Assembly: GCA_964473825.1 (NCBI GenBank)
Contig: CAYYQL010000001.1
Span: forward strand, 1 to 64,000
Length of the DNA: 64,000 nucleotides
Reading direction: 5' to 3'
Source: an uncultured archaeon
GTDB lineage: Archaea; Asgardarchaeota; Thorarchaeia; Thorarchaeales; Thorarchaeaceae
Below, piece after piece: positions 10,793 through 22,176 of the stretch. The notes below the pieces were generated by a model, which saw only the letters and a program-made list of their open reading frames with translations, did not search any database and had not been told where the DNA came from. Positions within the stretch are counted from its first letter, which is position 1; every line of letters begins with the position of its first letter. Both the position numbers and the translations under genes were made by a program.

Positions 10793-10963
10793 TCTCATTC
10801 TCCATAGGAGTCGAGCGGCTAGCACCGCCGTTTGCTCATCGTTTCACTACATCATAAAGGTAACTCATGTTTCACGGAGATGTTTCTCTTGATAACATCG
10901 AAATACATTTGCGCAAGGCGAAGCCTTTATTCCGTGATACCTGTAGGAAAACAAGTGCATAAG

Positions 10964-11497
10964 ATGGCAGAAGAAGACCGCTATCGGGTGGAAGCTCCAG
11001 ACGATGAGGAGAAGAAGGAGAAGAGGGGTCTATTCAGGCCTTTGCCCGCTGCTGAAACAGAGGTGTCGCGCAAGGGTGTGCCCATGGTCAGATTTCTCGG
11101 AATCGAGATGCAAGAAGGCCACAGAGACATTCTTCTCGTAATCATGATGCCAATTCTGGTTGGAATCATTGATGCGGCAGTCTATGCACAGATTGTCATT
11201 GACGTATTCCCTGACGATGCGCTCTTTGTCTTTGTTATTCCCATGTTAGCGGCAGTGCCTGTTGGACTGACTATTCCACAGGCCGGCCGAGCTCTTCTCT
11301 CTGCATTCGTTTCTGCAGTCGCATTCGTGTGCTTCTTCTTGCTATTCCTGGTCACTCCCGGACTGTTGGTCCCAGAGGTGGGAATCGGAGAGTTCCTCGT
11401 CAGCGGAGGGGTTGTCAGTGCCATCTACTTCCTCTTTGTTGTCATGGCCTCGCTACTAGGAACACTGATTGGTATAATTGCAAGAGAATTCTTCTAG
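10964..11497 (+). CDS. Hypothetical membrane protein (~4 TM)
   Basis: Charged N-terminus followed by hydrophobic helices. Confidence 0.7.
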   Translation: MAEEDRYRVEAPDDEEKKEKRGLFRPLPAAETEVSRKGVPMVRFLGIEMQEGHRDILLVIMMPILVGIIDAAVYAQIVIDVFPDDALFVFVIPMLAAVPVGLTIPQAGRALLSAFVSAVAFVCFFLLFLVTPGLLVPEVGIGEFLVSGGVVSAIYFLFVVMASLLGTLIGIIAREFF

Positions 11498-11550
11498 ACA
11501 CAGCATTTTTGAGTAAGTCATAAATAGTCGTGTTAAAGCGGCCGTTTTAC

Positions 11551-12156
11551 ATGACACGTATCGGGGTTCTGATAAGTGGAAGAGGCACAAACCTTCAGGC
11601 CCTAATCGATGCGCAGCAACGTGGGGATTTTGACGGTAGAATAGTCTTGGTCATCAGCAACAAGAGCAGTGCATACGGCTTGCAGCGCGCGGAAGAAGCG
11701 GGAATCAAGACTCAAATCATCACGAAGATTGATTACCCGAAGCGAGAAGACCATGATCGCGCTGTTGTTCAGGTCTTGAAGGCCAACGGCGTGGATCTGG
11801 TCGTCCTAGCGGGGTACATGCGGATTCTTACACCCTTTTTCTGTAGAGAGTACAAACACAGGATGATAAACGTACACCCATCCCTCCTCCCTGCTTTCAA
11901 GGGTGTTAAGGCTCAATGGCAAGCAGTGGAATATGGAGTGAGAGTCTCGGGTTGCACCACGCACTTCGTCGACGTAGACATGGATGCGGGGCCAATAATC
12001 TTGCAGAGTCCAGTCCAAATCAGGCAGAACGATACTGGAGAAACTCTGGCCGACAGGATACTCCCTGAAGAACATCGAATACTGGTTGAGAGTGTGAGGC
12101 TCTTCTGTGAGAACCGACTCTCGGTAGATGGGAGAATTGTGAGAATCAGGGAGTGA
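11551..12156 (+). CDS. purN: Phosphoribosylglycinamide formyltransferase (folate-dependent)
   Basis: ISGRGTNLQA, LAGYMRIL, INVHPSLLP, GCTTHFV, DAGPII. Confidence 0.95.
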   Translation: MTRIGVLISGRGTNLQALIDAQQRGDFDGRIVLVISNKSSAYGLQRAEEAGIKTQIITKIDYPKREDHDRAVVQVLKANGVDLVVLAGYMRILTPFFCREYKHRMINVHPSLLPAFKGVKAQWQAVEYGVRVSGCTTHFVDVDMDAGPIILQSPVQIRQNDTGETLADRILPEEHRILVESVRLFCENRLSVDGRIVRIRE

Positions 12157-12163
12157 AGATTAC

Positions 12164-13561
12164 ATGTGTGGAGTGCTTGGTATCCTCGGCAGCTATGAAC
12201 TAGAGGCCTCTAGAGAACTACTACGTCTCTTAACACATCGGGGACAGGACGCATCAGGTTTGCTTTGGATGTCTGGGTCTGACTTCCGGGTGTCGAAGAC
12301 GATAGGTAGCCCTTCGAATCTGTCTTTGCAGGACAAAGAGTCAGACATAATTCTTGGAAGTACCAGATATCCAACATCTGGACACCGGGTGACCTCTGAG
12401 GACAGCCTTCATGATTTTGTGGGGCCTTTCTATAAAGACCAAGTGGCAGTCACTCACAACGGAAACATAACGAACCTTCGCTCGTTGGTTCATGAGGACT
12501 ATGAATGTGACACCAAGTTCATATGCGATAGGCTAAGGCAGCATCTTTCCGAGAGAGATGGAGACCTGCCCACCGCCCTCACCCGACTCACATCAGAGAT
12601 AGACGGTGCATACAGTATCATTGGAATCCACCATGGAAGACTCTTTGCATATCGTGACTCTCGAGGGTTCAAGCCCCTTGTCTTTGGAAGATCATCTGAA
12701 CACACCATAGTAGCATCAGAGAGCACTGTTCTCGACATGGCTCAGGTCAAACTCGAAAGAGATGTCTACCCCGGGGAACTCGTTATCTTTGGACCCGACA
12801 AGTCGGTTCAGTGCTACAGCATATCTCAACAAGACACGCACAAACACTGCTTCTTTGAGTATGTGTATTTCGCCAATCCGGCAGCGAAAATAGAGAACCA
12901 GCTTGTGTATGATGTTCGATTCCGGCTGGGAAGAGCACTTGCAAATACATTTACGAATCTTCAACTGGAGAAACCTGATTACGTGATTCCTGTACCAGAC
13001 ACGAGTCGACCGGCTGCACAGGCCCTTGCTGAAGAACTGGGAGTGCCCATGAGGGAGGTCATCCTGAAGAACAGATATCTGGGCCGAACGTTCATTGCTC
13101 AGTCCCAAGAAGCCAGAAACTCGATGGCGCATTACAAGTACATCTACCTAGACGACAAGATCAGGGGAAGGAATCTGCTGGTTGTTGACGATAGTATCGT
13201 AAGGGGTACAACAGCCAAGATGATAGTCAATGATTTGAAGAGAAGAGGGGCATCCAGAGTCTATTTTGCAGTGACATGTCCACCACAGAGCCATCCCTGC
13301 TACTATGGCATCGACATATCAACTTCAAACGAGTTGATCGCCTCAGAGGCCGGCTTGGAAAGTATATGTGATTTCATCGGCGCAGATGCCCTCATCTATC
13401 AAGACATAGACGCGCTCGTCAATGCCATTGGAATTCAAGACATGTGCCTGGCATGTTTGGATGGCGACTATCCCACAGAGCATGCAAGAAGGATACGGAA
13501 AGCCGTCCACACGGGTGGCATGCAAGAAGGAATCAGAGACTATGAGAGGGAGATACCATGA
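12164..13561 (+). CDS. purF: Amidophosphoribosyltransferase
   Basis: N-terminal MCG, HRGQDA, HNGNITN, CFFEYVYFA, VVDDSIVRGTT. Confidence 0.95.
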   Translation: MCGVLGILGSYELEASRELLRLLTHRGQDASGLLWMSGSDFRVSKTIGSPSNLSLQDKESDIILGSTRYPTSGHRVTSEDSLHDFVGPFYKDQVAVTHNGNITNLRSLVHEDYECDTKFICDRLRQHLSERDGDLPTALTRLTSEIDGAYSIIGIHHGRLFAYRDSRGFKPLVFGRSSEHTIVASESTVLDMAQVKLERDVYPGELVIFGPDKSVQCYSISQQDTHKHCFFEYVYFANPAAKIENQLVYDVRFRLGRALANTFTNLQLEKPDYVIPVPDTSRPAAQALAEELGVPMREVILKNRYLGRTFIAQSQEARNSMAHYKYIYLDDKIRGRNLLVVDDSIVRGTTAKMIVNDLKRRGASRVYFAVTCPPQSHPCYYGIDISTSNELIASEAGLESICDFIGADALIYQDIDALVNAIGIQDMCLACLDGDYPTEHARRIRKAVHTGGMQEGIRDYEREIP

Positions 13562-14511
13562 AGATTGGAACTATTGCTAGCCACAGTGCCCTTAACATTC
13601 TCTCTGGAGCAAGGGCCGAAGGTTTCCAGACAGCTCTCTACTGCCACTCAGATAGAGAAGAATTCTACAGCACGTTCGGGCTGTCAGATTCTATTATCAG
13701 AGTGTCCGCGTTCGATGAGATTCTTGATATGGACCTATCCGACACCATAATGATACCTCATGGTTCCTTTGTTGCCTATATTGGAGCCGACCGGATCATC
13801 AAGTCTAATCTACGACTGTTTGGCAGTAAGGAGTTGCTGCGGTGGGAAGAAGATAGAAAGCTAAAATCGGAGTTGATGAGGGCGGCTGGACTTCTTGTTC
13901 CCAGAGAATTCCCAACCATCGATGAGGTCGACTGTCCGGTCATAGTCAAATCCCATGGAGCGGCAGGAGGCGAGGGATACTTCATTGCTGAGAACAAGGA
14001 TGAGGCTCGTGCCAAGATGAACGCTGATACTCCGGGGGCTATGCAGGAGTACATTGTCGGCACGAAGGTCTTCGTCACATACTTTAACTCGGTGGCGAGA
14101 GAACGAATGGAGGTCTTTGGCGCCGACATCCGATATGAAACAGACGCAGATGCAAATCTCAGATTCGATGAACGACCCTCGTTTGTCGTGATTGGCAATC
14201 TGCCAATGGTGCTGAGAGAATCCACGCTTGTAAGATACTATGAGATGGGAAAGAACTTTGCCAGAGCGTTTCGGAAGCTTACAGGAAAGAGTCTGGTCGG
14301 ACCTTTTTGTCTCGAAACCATAATTGACCGGAACCAGCAGATCTACACCTTCGAGTTTAGTGGTCGTATAGTTGCAGGTACGAACATATGGATTCCATAC
14401 TCCCCCTACAGTTATCTCATGTTCTCCGAGCCCATGTGGATGGGACGAAGGATAGCTCGCGAAATCAAAGAACTAGAAGCAATGAATAGGCTTGAAGAGG
14501 TGGTCGAATGA
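13558..14511 (+). CDS. purP: PurP (formate:AICAR ligase, ATP-grasp)
   Basis: IASHSAL, IPHGSFVAY, GAAGGEGYF, GNLPMVLRES, GPFCLE, RIVAGTN. Confidence 0.85.
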   Translation: MKIGTIASHSALNILSGARAEGFQTALYCHSDREEFYSTFGLSDSIIRVSAFDEILDMDLSDTIMIPHGSFVAYIGADRIIKSNLRLFGSKELLRWEEDRKLKSELMRAAGLLVPREFPTIDEVDCPVIVKSHGAAGGEGYFIAENKDEARAKMNADTPGAMQEYIVGTKVFVTYFNSVARERMEVFGADIRYETDADANLRFDERPSFVVIGNLPMVLRESTLVRYYEMGKNFARAFRKLTGKSLVGPFCLETIIDRNQQIYTFEFSGRIVAGTNIWIPYSPYSYLMFSEPMWMGRRIAREIKELEAMNRLEEVVE

Positions 14512-15581
14512 AGCTACCGACAATCGGAATGCTCGGTTCGCACAGTGCGGAAGAAATAGCGGTCTCTGCCAAGACAAACGGATTCCAAACAGTAGTGGTT
14601 TGTCAGAGGGGGCGAGAAAAACTCTACAGCCACTACAATAGGCATCTCTACGATAGTATCATCGTGCTTGATAGTTTCTCCCAGATGATTCAAGATGATA
14701 TTCAGAATCAGCTGAACGAGCTGGACACACTATGGATACCAAATCGGTCCTTCTCAGTCTATGTTGGTTACGACAATATTGAAGATAGATTCAGGATACC
14801 CATATACGGAAACAGACATATCCTAAGAGTGGAGGAGAGAGGGCTAGAAAGAGACCAGTATTGGCTCATGGAAGAGTCAGGTATCAGAATTCCAAAAATG
14901 ATTGAGCCTGAAGACATCGACAGACTCGTTATTGTCAAGGTCCAGCAGAAAGAGCGGCCTTTGGAGCGTGCATTCTTCTATGCGAGTTCCGCCGAGGAAT
15001 ATGAAATCAAGAGTCGTCAGATGATTGAAGAGGGAGTCATAGCGGAGGAACATCTTGCGAACGCGACCGTCGAGGAGTTCATTATTGCTCCGCGATTCAA
15101 TGCGAATTTTCAGGCTTATGCCATGGATGACCACTTTGGCCAGCTTGACTTCGTAGGATTTGATGATAGAATCCAGACGAATCTCAGTGGCTTGTTGAAT
15201 CTCCCCGCTGAGGATCAGATTGGACTGGATGTGAACATCGTCAATGAAGAGGTAGGTCATAAGGGAGTTACAATGCGGGAGAGTAAGAAGCCCCTTGTCT
15301 ATCAAGCTGCCGAAAAGCTTCTTGAAGGAGCAAGAAAGCATTTTCCGCCTGGGATTATAGGCCTCTTCGCATTACAGGGGGCTTTGACTGTTGATTCAGA
15401 GTTCGTTGTCTTCGATCTTAGCCCACGGGTGCCGGGCTCGCCATGTGTGGGTCCCACAAGTCCTGAGATGCGTCGTCTGGCTCTCAAGATGAATAGAGAG
15501 ATTCACAGCCCCCTAGACCTGTGCATGATTGACATCGAAACAGCTGCTAAAGAAGACTGCCTGAGTGAGATTTCCACATAG
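14508..15581 (+). CDS. PurP-like paralog (ATP-grasp, second PurP cluster)
   Basis: GSHSA, IPNRSFSVY, ERAFF, RIQTN, EVGH...TMRES, GLFALQ, DLSPRVPGSP. Confidence 0.85.
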   Translation: MKLPTIGMLGSHSAEEIAVSAKTNGFQTVVVCQRGREKLYSHYNRHLYDSIIVLDSFSQMIQDDIQNQLNELDTLWIPNRSFSVYVGYDNIEDRFRIPIYGNRHILRVEERGLERDQYWLMEESGIRIPKMIEPEDIDRLVIVKVQQKERPLERAFFYASSAEEYEIKSRQMIEEGVIAEEHLANATVEEFIIAPRFNANFQAYAMDDHFGQLDFVGFDDRIQTNLSGLLNLPAEDQIGLDVNIVNEEVGHKGVTMRESKKPLVYQAAEKLLEGARKHFPPGIIGLFALQGALTVDSEFVVFDLSPRVPGSPCVGPTSPEMRRLALKMNREIHSPLDLCMIDIETAAKEDCLSEIST

Positions 15582-15598
15582 TTCATAAAGAAGACAGA

Positions 15599-16606
15599 TT
15601 GCGAGAGAACCCAAGCATACCGAAAAAGGAGAGATTGAAGCTGGACTTAATCAATGAAGGTAAGGTTAAGCGTGTTTACGCCGACCCAGACTCGCCACAA
15701 AGAGTCATCATAGAATTCACAGATGCAATTACAGCTGGTGATGGTGAGAAAAGAGACGAGATTGAGGGTAAGGCCCTTGTGACCTGCGATACATCCGAGT
15801 TTCTGCTCAAGTATCTGCAAGACAAGGGCATTGCAACCCATTTCATCAAGAGTCTTGAGGAAACAAAATGGCTTTGTCGAAAGGTTAAGATCTTTCCACT
15901 AGAGGTTGTATGCCGCAACTTCGCGGCAGGATCATTCTGTAAGAGATATGGCATCCAGCGAGGACAAGTGTTTACCGAACCTTTGGTCGAGTTCTTCCTC
16001 AAAGATGACTCGCTCCATGACCCACTCCTCTCCACCGACGCCATAGAAAGGCTTGGCTTCGCCACGGCAGACGAAATTGCCTTCATGCATGCAGTGACAC
16101 TGTCCGTCAATTACTACCTACGAGAACTTCTTTCTCAAGCTGGACTACGGTTCGTTGACTTCAAGCTTGAGTTTGGGAAGACAGAAGATGGGCGAATCCT
16201 GCTGGCAGACGAGATCTCAGGAGACACCATCAGAGTCTGGGACAAAGATGAAGACTCGTTGGACAAAGACATCTTCAGAGACGACACAGGAGATGTCGTC
16301 GATGCCTACAGACGACTGCTCGACAGAATCAGAGAAACGAACCCTGAAGAGATTCCTAACAGGATGGAAATCGTGTCAGTCCTCGTCTTGCCAAAGGACG
16401 GTATCAAGAATCCTCCGGGTGAAGTAACTCGGAAAGCGATGACAAGACTGGGATTCGAGCATGCAGCAGATGTTCGTGAGGGAAGGATATACAGAATCAC
16501 CGTCAACCGCCCGGTGAACCCCGACCTCCTAGAAAAGCTTGAGGAGATGAACATGAAGCTTCTCTCCAATCCTATTGCAGAAAAAACAGAATTGAGGCTG
16601 ACATAG
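15599..16606 (+). CDS. purC: SAICAR synthetase fused to C-terminal PurS (PurC-PurS)
   Basis: EGKVKRVY, PLEVVCRN, LVEFFLKDD.LHDP, DFKLEFG, ADEISGD; C-terminal LPKDGIKNPPGE...LLSNPIAE is PurS-like. Confidence 0.9.
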   Translation: MRENPSIPKKERLKLDLINEGKVKRVYADPDSPQRVIIEFTDAITAGDGEKRDEIEGKALVTCDTSEFLLKYLQDKGIATHFIKSLEETKWLCRKVKIFPLEVVCRNFAAGSFCKRYGIQRGQVFTEPLVEFFLKDDSLHDPLLSTDAIERLGFATADEIAFMHAVTLSVNYYLRELLSQAGLRFVDFKLEFGKTEDGRILLADEISGDTIRVWDKDEDSLDKDIFRDDTGDVVDAYRRLLDRIRETNPEEIPNRMEIVSVLVLPKDGIKNPPGEVTRKAMTRLGFEHAADVREGRIYRITVNRPVNPDLLEKLEEMNMKLLSNPIAEKTELRLT

Positions 16607-17299
16607 TTGGCAATCGCAGTCCTGCGTTTCCCTGGAACGAACAATGAACAAGACGTGATTCGGGTGCTCAATGGAATACCCGGCGCCGACCCGTTCCTTG
16701 TACCAAGTCGTCTTGGCCCAACTGCCCTTCAAGAAGCCGACGGAGTTATAATCCCTGGAGGCTTCTCATACGGCGACTATTTACGAGCAGGGGCTGTGGG
16801 ATCAGTCGGAGATATCATAGAAGGTGTGAAGGAACTCATCGATGACGACAAGCCGGTTCTAGGCATCTGTAACGGTTTTCAAATCCTTACCGAAGCAGGA
16901 CTTCTGCCAGGCGCTCTCCTTGCCAATGAATCTGCTCACTTCATCTGCAAATGGGTCTACCTTAAAGTATCCGAGAATGTTTCGCGATTCACAGAAGGGC
17001 TAGAGAATGCTATAATCAGGGTACCTATCGCACACGCTGAGGGCAACTACTTCTGCACCCATGACACGCTGGAAAGACTCGTATCTGAAAAGAGGGTGTT
17101 ATTCAGATACTGTGACAAGGACGGGAATATCTCAGAAGAGACGAATCCCAACGGGTCTGTCAAGAGCATCGCGGGGATTGTCAATGAGAGGGGTAATGTG
17201 ATGGGCATGATGCCTCATCCCGAACGTGCGTCCAGAATTGCCGTTGGCTCTCGCGATGGTAGTCTTATCCTAGAGAACTTCGTGAGGGGAACCCTATGA
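16607..17299 (+). CDS. purQ: FGAM synthase glutaminase subunit
   Basis: FPGTN, PGGFSYGDYLRAG, GICNGFQIL, AHAEG, NPNGS, MMPHPER. Confidence 0.95.
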   Translation: MAIAVLRFPGTNNEQDVIRVLNGIPGADPFLVPSRLGPTALQEADGVIIPGGFSYGDYLRAGAVGSVGDIIEGVKELIDDDKPVLGICNGFQILTEAGLLPGALLANESAHFICKWVYLKVSENVSRFTEGLENAIIRVPIAHAEGNYFCTHDTLERLVSEKRVLFRYCDKDGNISEETNPNGSVKSIAGIVNERGNVMGMMPHPERASRIAVGSRDGSLILENFVRGTL

Positions 17300-19464
17300 T
17301 AACTAAAGCCGAACTAGAACACGCATCAAAGGTTCTTGGGAGGAAGCCCAATGAAACCGAGCTGGCCATGCTCGATGTGCTCTGGAGTGAGCATTGCAGC
17401 TACAAGAGCAGCAAGAGATGGTTCCACCTCTTCAAGACCAAGGGAGAGAGAGTCTATCTCGGTATAGGAGAAGGCGCAGGGCTAGTAGATATTGGTGATG
17501 GAACTCTTCTGGGGGTTGCAATGGAGTCCCACAATCATCCTAGCCAGATAGATCCGTACAACGGTGCTGCCACGGGTGTCGGCGGCATCATTCGTGATGT
17601 CATATCCCAAGGGTGCAAAGCTGTTGGACTCATGAACTGCCTTCATTTCGGTCATCCAGAAAGGCCAAGGAATGCGTATCTTCTGGAGCACGTTGTCCGT
17701 GGTATCTCTGATTACGGTAATAGCGTCGGCATCCCTACGATTGGCGGCGACCTCAGCTTTGATGAATCGTATGAGGGAAACTGTCTTGTCAATGTCGTCT
17801 GCATTGGAGTAGTAAAACCCGAGAAGGTGATCAGGAGCAGTGCGAAAACCCCGGGGCATCACTTGGTCATCTTCGGGTCGACGACAGGAAGAGATGGTAT
17901 CGCAGGAGTGAGTTTCGCCTCTGAAGCTTTCTCGGATCTTGAGGAAGAGAATAGAGCAGCAGTTCAGATAGGCGATCCTCTTGCCAAGAAAGTGCTCATA
18001 GATGCACTGAACGAACTAATAGAGCAGAAGCTCATCGATGGCCTCCAAGATCTGGGTGGAGGTGGATTGACATCTTGTGCTGGAGAGATGGCGTCGAATG
18101 GCGGAACAGGGGTCACTATTGATGTTGGCAGGGTGCCGTTACGAGAACAGAACATGGCTCCCTGGGAGATAGTCGTATCTGAATCTCAAGAACGTATGTT
18201 GGCGGTAGTATCTCCTGAGAATCTTGATGATACACTCGAAATCCTTGCAAATAGCGAGGCGCCACATGCAGTCATTGGTCAAGTCACCGATGACCATCAC
18301 TACACAGTGCTAGAGGGAGGAGAGGTCAAGGCCAGATTACCCATCAGTCTTCTGGTTGACGGATGCCCTATTCCCGAGAGGGTCGAGGGCGTGATCCCAG
18401 TTCAGAAGGCGAGTCTAGATTGGGTGAAAGACGACTACGAGTTCGATAAGGTAATAATGGAGATGCTTGGGTCGCTCAATATATGCGACAGATCTTGGGT
18501 TTACTCACAGTATGACCAGCACGTTCAGATCAACACAATTGTGGATATCGGCGAAAATGCAGGAGTCCTTGAGTTTCCCTTCAACAAGAGAATAGCCTTC
18601 TCGAGTGACTGCAATTCTCAGTGGTGCTTCCTTGACCCTCAGCAAGGCACAGCCAACTCTGCTGCAGAGTGCCTGAGAAACATTGTTTCAATGGGCGCAA
18701 AACCAATTCTCATTGCGGATTGCCTCAACTTCGGAAACCCTGAAAGACCGGATTCGTATGCAGAGTTTGTCGAATCGATTAGGGGGTTGGGCCGTTTTTC
18801 AAATGATTTCGAAATCCCAGTAGTAGCAGGAAATGTGTCGCTCTATAATGAAGCAGAAACCGAAGGCAAGACACGCAGGATAAATCCCACTCCACAAATA
18901 ATGCTGGCCGGCATCTTTGAACCCGGATACGTACCAATCAGACGGAATCTCTGCACTCCTTGGGCCAATCTCCTCCTAGTTGGAGAAACGTTGCCCGAGC
19001 TCAACGGGAGTGAATTCCAGAGCATGATTACCGGAAGGGTTCAGGGAATACCCCCGGTATACCGACCGAAACGCGAAAAGAACGCCATGAATGCGATTCT
19101 CCAGTGTCACAGGTCTGGACTGATAAGATCCTGCAATAATCTGGGAAGGGGGGGTCTTGCCATAGCTTTGATGAAAATGGTCATGAACAGCGACTATGGC
19201 TTCAAGGTGGATTTGGACTATGTTCCGGGTACAACTTCGAGAAATGTGGAGATTCTGTTCTCTGAGACCTCAGCCCGATATGTCGCCGAGGTGACGGAAT
19301 CAAATCAACAGCAGTTCATGGATATAATGGAGAAACATGAAACACCTGTAGTTGAGATCGGATTGACTGTGAACAATAGAGTTGCAGACTTTGGCGATTT
19401 CGAGATTGATATGAAGGATGCTGCAACAGCCTTCAGGATGGGTCTAAGGAAACACATGGAGTGA
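17296..19464 (+). CDS. purL: FGAM synthase synthetase subunit
   Basis: [57 protein letters not shown]. Confidence 0.95.
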   Translation: MITKAELEHASKVLGRKPNETELAMLDVLWSEHCSYKSSKRWFHLFKTKGERVYLGIGEGAGLVDIGDGTLLGVAMESHNHPSQIDPYNGAATGVGGIIRDVISQGCKAVGLMNCLHFGHPERPRNAYLLEHVVRGISDYGNSVGIPTIGGDLSFDESYEGNCLVNVVCIGVVKPEKVIRSSAKTPGHHLVIFGSTTGRDGIAGVSFASEAFSDLEEENRAAVQIGDPLAKKVLIDALNELIEQKLIDGLQDLGGGGLTSCAGEMASNGGTGVTIDVGRVPLREQNMAPWEIVVSESQERMLAVVSPENLDDTLEILANSEAPHAVIGQVTDDHHYTVLEGGEVKARLPISLLVDGCPIPERVEGVIPVQKASLDWVKDDYEFDKVIMEMLGSLNICDRSWVYSQYDQHVQINTIVDIGENAGVLEFPFNKRIAFSSDCNSQWCFLDPQQGTANSAAECLRNIVSMGAKPILIADCLNFGNPERPDSYAEFVESIRGLGRFSNDFEIPVVAGNVSLYNEAETEGKTRRINPTPQIMLAGIFEPGYVPIRRNLCTPWANLLLVGETLPELNGSEFQSMITGRVQGIPPVYRPKREKNAMNAILQCHRSGLIRSCNNLGRGGLAIALMKMVMNSDYGFKVDLDYVPGTTSRNVEILFSETSARYVAEVTESNQQQFMDIMEKHETPVVEIGLTVNNRVADFGDFEIDMKDAATAFRMGLRKHME

Positions 19465-20906
19465 GTTCATTGGTAGATGTACTTGTAATTGCAGGAAGCA
19501 AGAGCGATGCGAAGATAGTGGAAAAGTGCGCCTCGGTCCTTCAAGAGCTTTCAATCTCATACGAAGAGAAGTATGCCTCTGCTCACAGAGAACCTGAGAT
19601 GGTAAAAGAGATAGTAGAACGAAGCGACGCGCGCGTTATCGTCACAGTCGCAGGACTCGCTGCAGCTCTTCCCGGGGTAGTTGCATCGCTCACTGACAAA
19701 CCCGTGATCGGTGTCCCGGTCTCTGCAGCCCTTGGAGGGCTTGATGCCCTGCTGTCAATCGTTCAGATGCCCAAAGGTGTACCTGTGGCCACGGTGGGGA
19801 TAGACAACGGTCAGAACGCGGCTCACTTAGCTGCGAGAATCATAGGCATTCGAACCGACCAATCAAAGAAGATACCAGCCACATATGCTGAGGCAGGCGT
19901 CAATGAAACAGAAGTGTCAGAAGGCCTCAGAGTCCTAGGAAAATATGTGCGAAAATCATTCGAACACGGAGATGTCATGCAAGACTATGGTCACTATGCC
20001 AACACGGTGCGGGTCTCTGCTGACCTCTGTATCGCCATGTCTACCGATGGAGTTGGAAGTAAGGTATTGGTTGCCGAGATGGCTGGGAGATATGATACAA
20101 TCGGGCAAGACTGTGTTGCAATGAATGTAAACGACTTGGTTTCTGTAGGTGTATTGCCGATAGGTTTTGTAGACTACTTAGCTGCCCAGAAACCTCTACC
20201 GAAGGAGATTCTTAGCCAGATTGGGCAAGGGCTCCTTGATGGATGCAGAGTATCCGGTATTCCGATTTTGGGGGGAGAAACAGCCATCCTACCTGATATG
20301 ATAAGAGGAACAACCGACATGGGTATAGACCTAGCCGGAACAGCAGTTGGAACGGCCCACCCAGATGAGCTTATTGACGGTAGCATGATTGGGGACGGGG
20401 ACGTCATACTAGGCGTTTCATCCAACGGAGTCCATTCAAATGGATTCACGTTAGCACGAAAGGTCATATTCTCGAAACTGGGTATAGACGATACATTCCC
20501 ATGGGGAACCAGAGTAGCAGACGAGCTTCTAAGACCAACTCGGATCTACGTTCCTCACCTGAAGGCCCTAAGAAAGAGCGGGGTCGAAATCCATGGAATA
20601 GCCCACGTCACCGGTTCAGGGTTCAAGAAGTTACTCAGACTCAAGGCTGCAAGATTTAGGATTAGAACACTCCCGGATATCCAGCACATTTTCTCATATT
20701 TGCAGAAGGAGGGACAGATCGAGTGGAAAGAGATGTTCTCAACCTTCAATATGTCTGTGGGTCTGGTTGTGATTGTGCTTGACAAACAGAAAGAGCAGGC
20801 TTTGCGGGTGTTATCAGACCTCGACGAGAGCTATGAGCTCGGAGTTGTCGAGGAATCAGATAGAGCATCAGTCATTATAGAGCCGTATGAGGTAGAGCTA
20901 CAGTGA
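19461..20906 (+). CDS. purM: PurE-PurM fusion (AIR carboxylase/mutase plus AIR synthetase)
   Basis: N-terminal [26 protein letters not shown] (PurE), then [43 protein letters not shown] (PurM). Confidence 0.9.
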   Translation: MSSLVDVLVIAGSKSDAKIVEKCASVLQELSISYEEKYASAHREPEMVKEIVERSDARVIVTVAGLAAALPGVVASLTDKPVIGVPVSAALGGLDALLSIVQMPKGVPVATVGIDNGQNAAHLAARIIGIRTDQSKKIPATYAEAGVNETEVSEGLRVLGKYVRKSFEHGDVMQDYGHYANTVRVSADLCIAMSTDGVGSKVLVAEMAGRYDTIGQDCVAMNVNDLVSVGVLPIGFVDYLAAQKPLPKEILSQIGQGLLDGCRVSGIPILGGETAILPDMIRGTTDMGIDLAGTAVGTAHPDELIDGSMIGDGDVILGVSSNGVHSNGFTLARKVIFSKLGIDDTFPWGTRVADELLRPTRIYVPHLKALRKSGVEIHGIAHVTGSGFKKLLRLKAARFRIRTLPDIQHIFSYLQKEGQIEWKEMFSTFNMSVGLVVIVLDKQKEQALRVLSDLDESYELGVVEESDRASVIIEPYEVELQ

Positions 20907-22159
20907 GCAGAGTACTCCTAGTCGGAAATGGGGGGAGAGAACATGCAATAGCTTCTGCTCTTCACGACTCAGGAGTCACGCTTTGGTCATTGATGGATAG
21001 GCTCAATCCGGGTATCGAGGCCCTGTCTGAGCAATGGTTTGAAACGAAACTGGATGACATTGATGCCATACCCAATCTGGAACAGATAGACTATGCCATC
21101 ATTGGACCTGAGGGACCGCTGGCAAAGGGAATGGTTGATAGACTTGAGTCACGCGGCATTCCGACGGTCGGCCCGAGCCTTCGAACTGCAAGACTCGAAA
21201 CGAGCAAGGTCTATGCAAGAAGACTCTTGCAAAGAAATCGACCTGATGCCAATCCCAAATTCAGAGTCTTGCAGAGCCCCGACAGTATCAACGCTGCAAT
21301 AGACGAGATTGGTCTCGAGAATCTCGTGATCAAGCCCGATGGGCTGACTGGCGGCAAGGGCGTTAAGCTCTTTGCAGAACATGTGCACTCTCGAGATGAG
21401 GTCTTGGACTATGCCGAGAAGATGATTCAACGGGATGGGAGTGTTGTCTTAGAGGAGAAGATTTCGGGAACTGAGTTCACAGTGCAGGCTTTCGTGGACT
21501 CTGCGGGAAAGATAGAACCCATGCCACTTGTCCGTGATTTCAAGAGAGCCTATGATAGTGACATAGGACCCAACACTGGGTCGATGGGATCTTACTCCAG
21601 AGAATCCCACGGGCTTGAATATGTCAAGAAGGATGATCTAGAAAAGGCTCTTGGGATCATGACGAGTGCCATCAACGGGGTCAATGAAGACACAGGCGAG
21701 AGGTACAAGGGCATTCTCTACGGGCAGTTCATGAAGACTTCTGATGGAATCAAGGTTATAGAGTTCAATGTGAGATTCGGAGACCCGGAGGCAATGAACG
21801 TGCTCTCTATACTCGAATCGTCCATGGACGAAATCTGTCGGGATATTCTGAGCGGGAACCTTAGCAAACCCACCTTCTCGCGTCTTGCCACCGTCTGTGT
21901 GTACGTGGTGCCTGAGGGTTATCCAGGAAACGGTGTAAGAGCAGACGAACCCATCTCAATACGCGGAGAAGTTGGAAGTGAGATGTATTATGCTTCGGTG
22001 TACGAGAGAAATGGAACCGTTTATACAACAGGCAGCCGATCGATAGCCGTCCTAGCAAAAGGTGAATCGGTAACCGAGGCCCGGACGAAAGCTTACAGAG
22101 ACGTCAGCAAGATAGAGGGGCAGATTAGATATCGTCGTGACATCGCAGCAGAGCTCTAG
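20903..22159 (+). CDS. purD: Phosphoribosylamine-glycine ligase
   Basis: [44 protein letters not shown]. Confidence 0.95.
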   Translation: MSRVLLVGNGGREHAIASALHDSGVTLWSLMDRLNPGIEALSEQWFETKLDDIDAIPNLEQIDYAIIGPEGPLAKGMVDRLESRGIPTVGPSLRTARLETSKVYARRLLQRNRPDANPKFRVLQSPDSINAAIDEIGLENLVIKPDGLTGGKGVKLFAEHVHSRDEVLDYAEKMIQRDGSVVLEEKISGTEFTVQAFVDSAGKIEPMPLVRDFKRAYDSDIGPNTGSMGSYSRESHGLEYVKKDDLEKALGIMTSAINGVNEDTGERYKGILYGQFMKTSDGIKVIEFNVRFGDPEAMNVLSILESSMDEICRDILSGNLSKPTFSRLATVCVYVVPEGYPGNGVRADEPISIRGEVGSEMYYASVYERNGTVYTTGSRSIAVLAKGESVTEARTKAYRDVSKIEGQIRYRRDIAAEL

Positions 22160-22176
22160 TTGGCGGAGGGAGTGAC

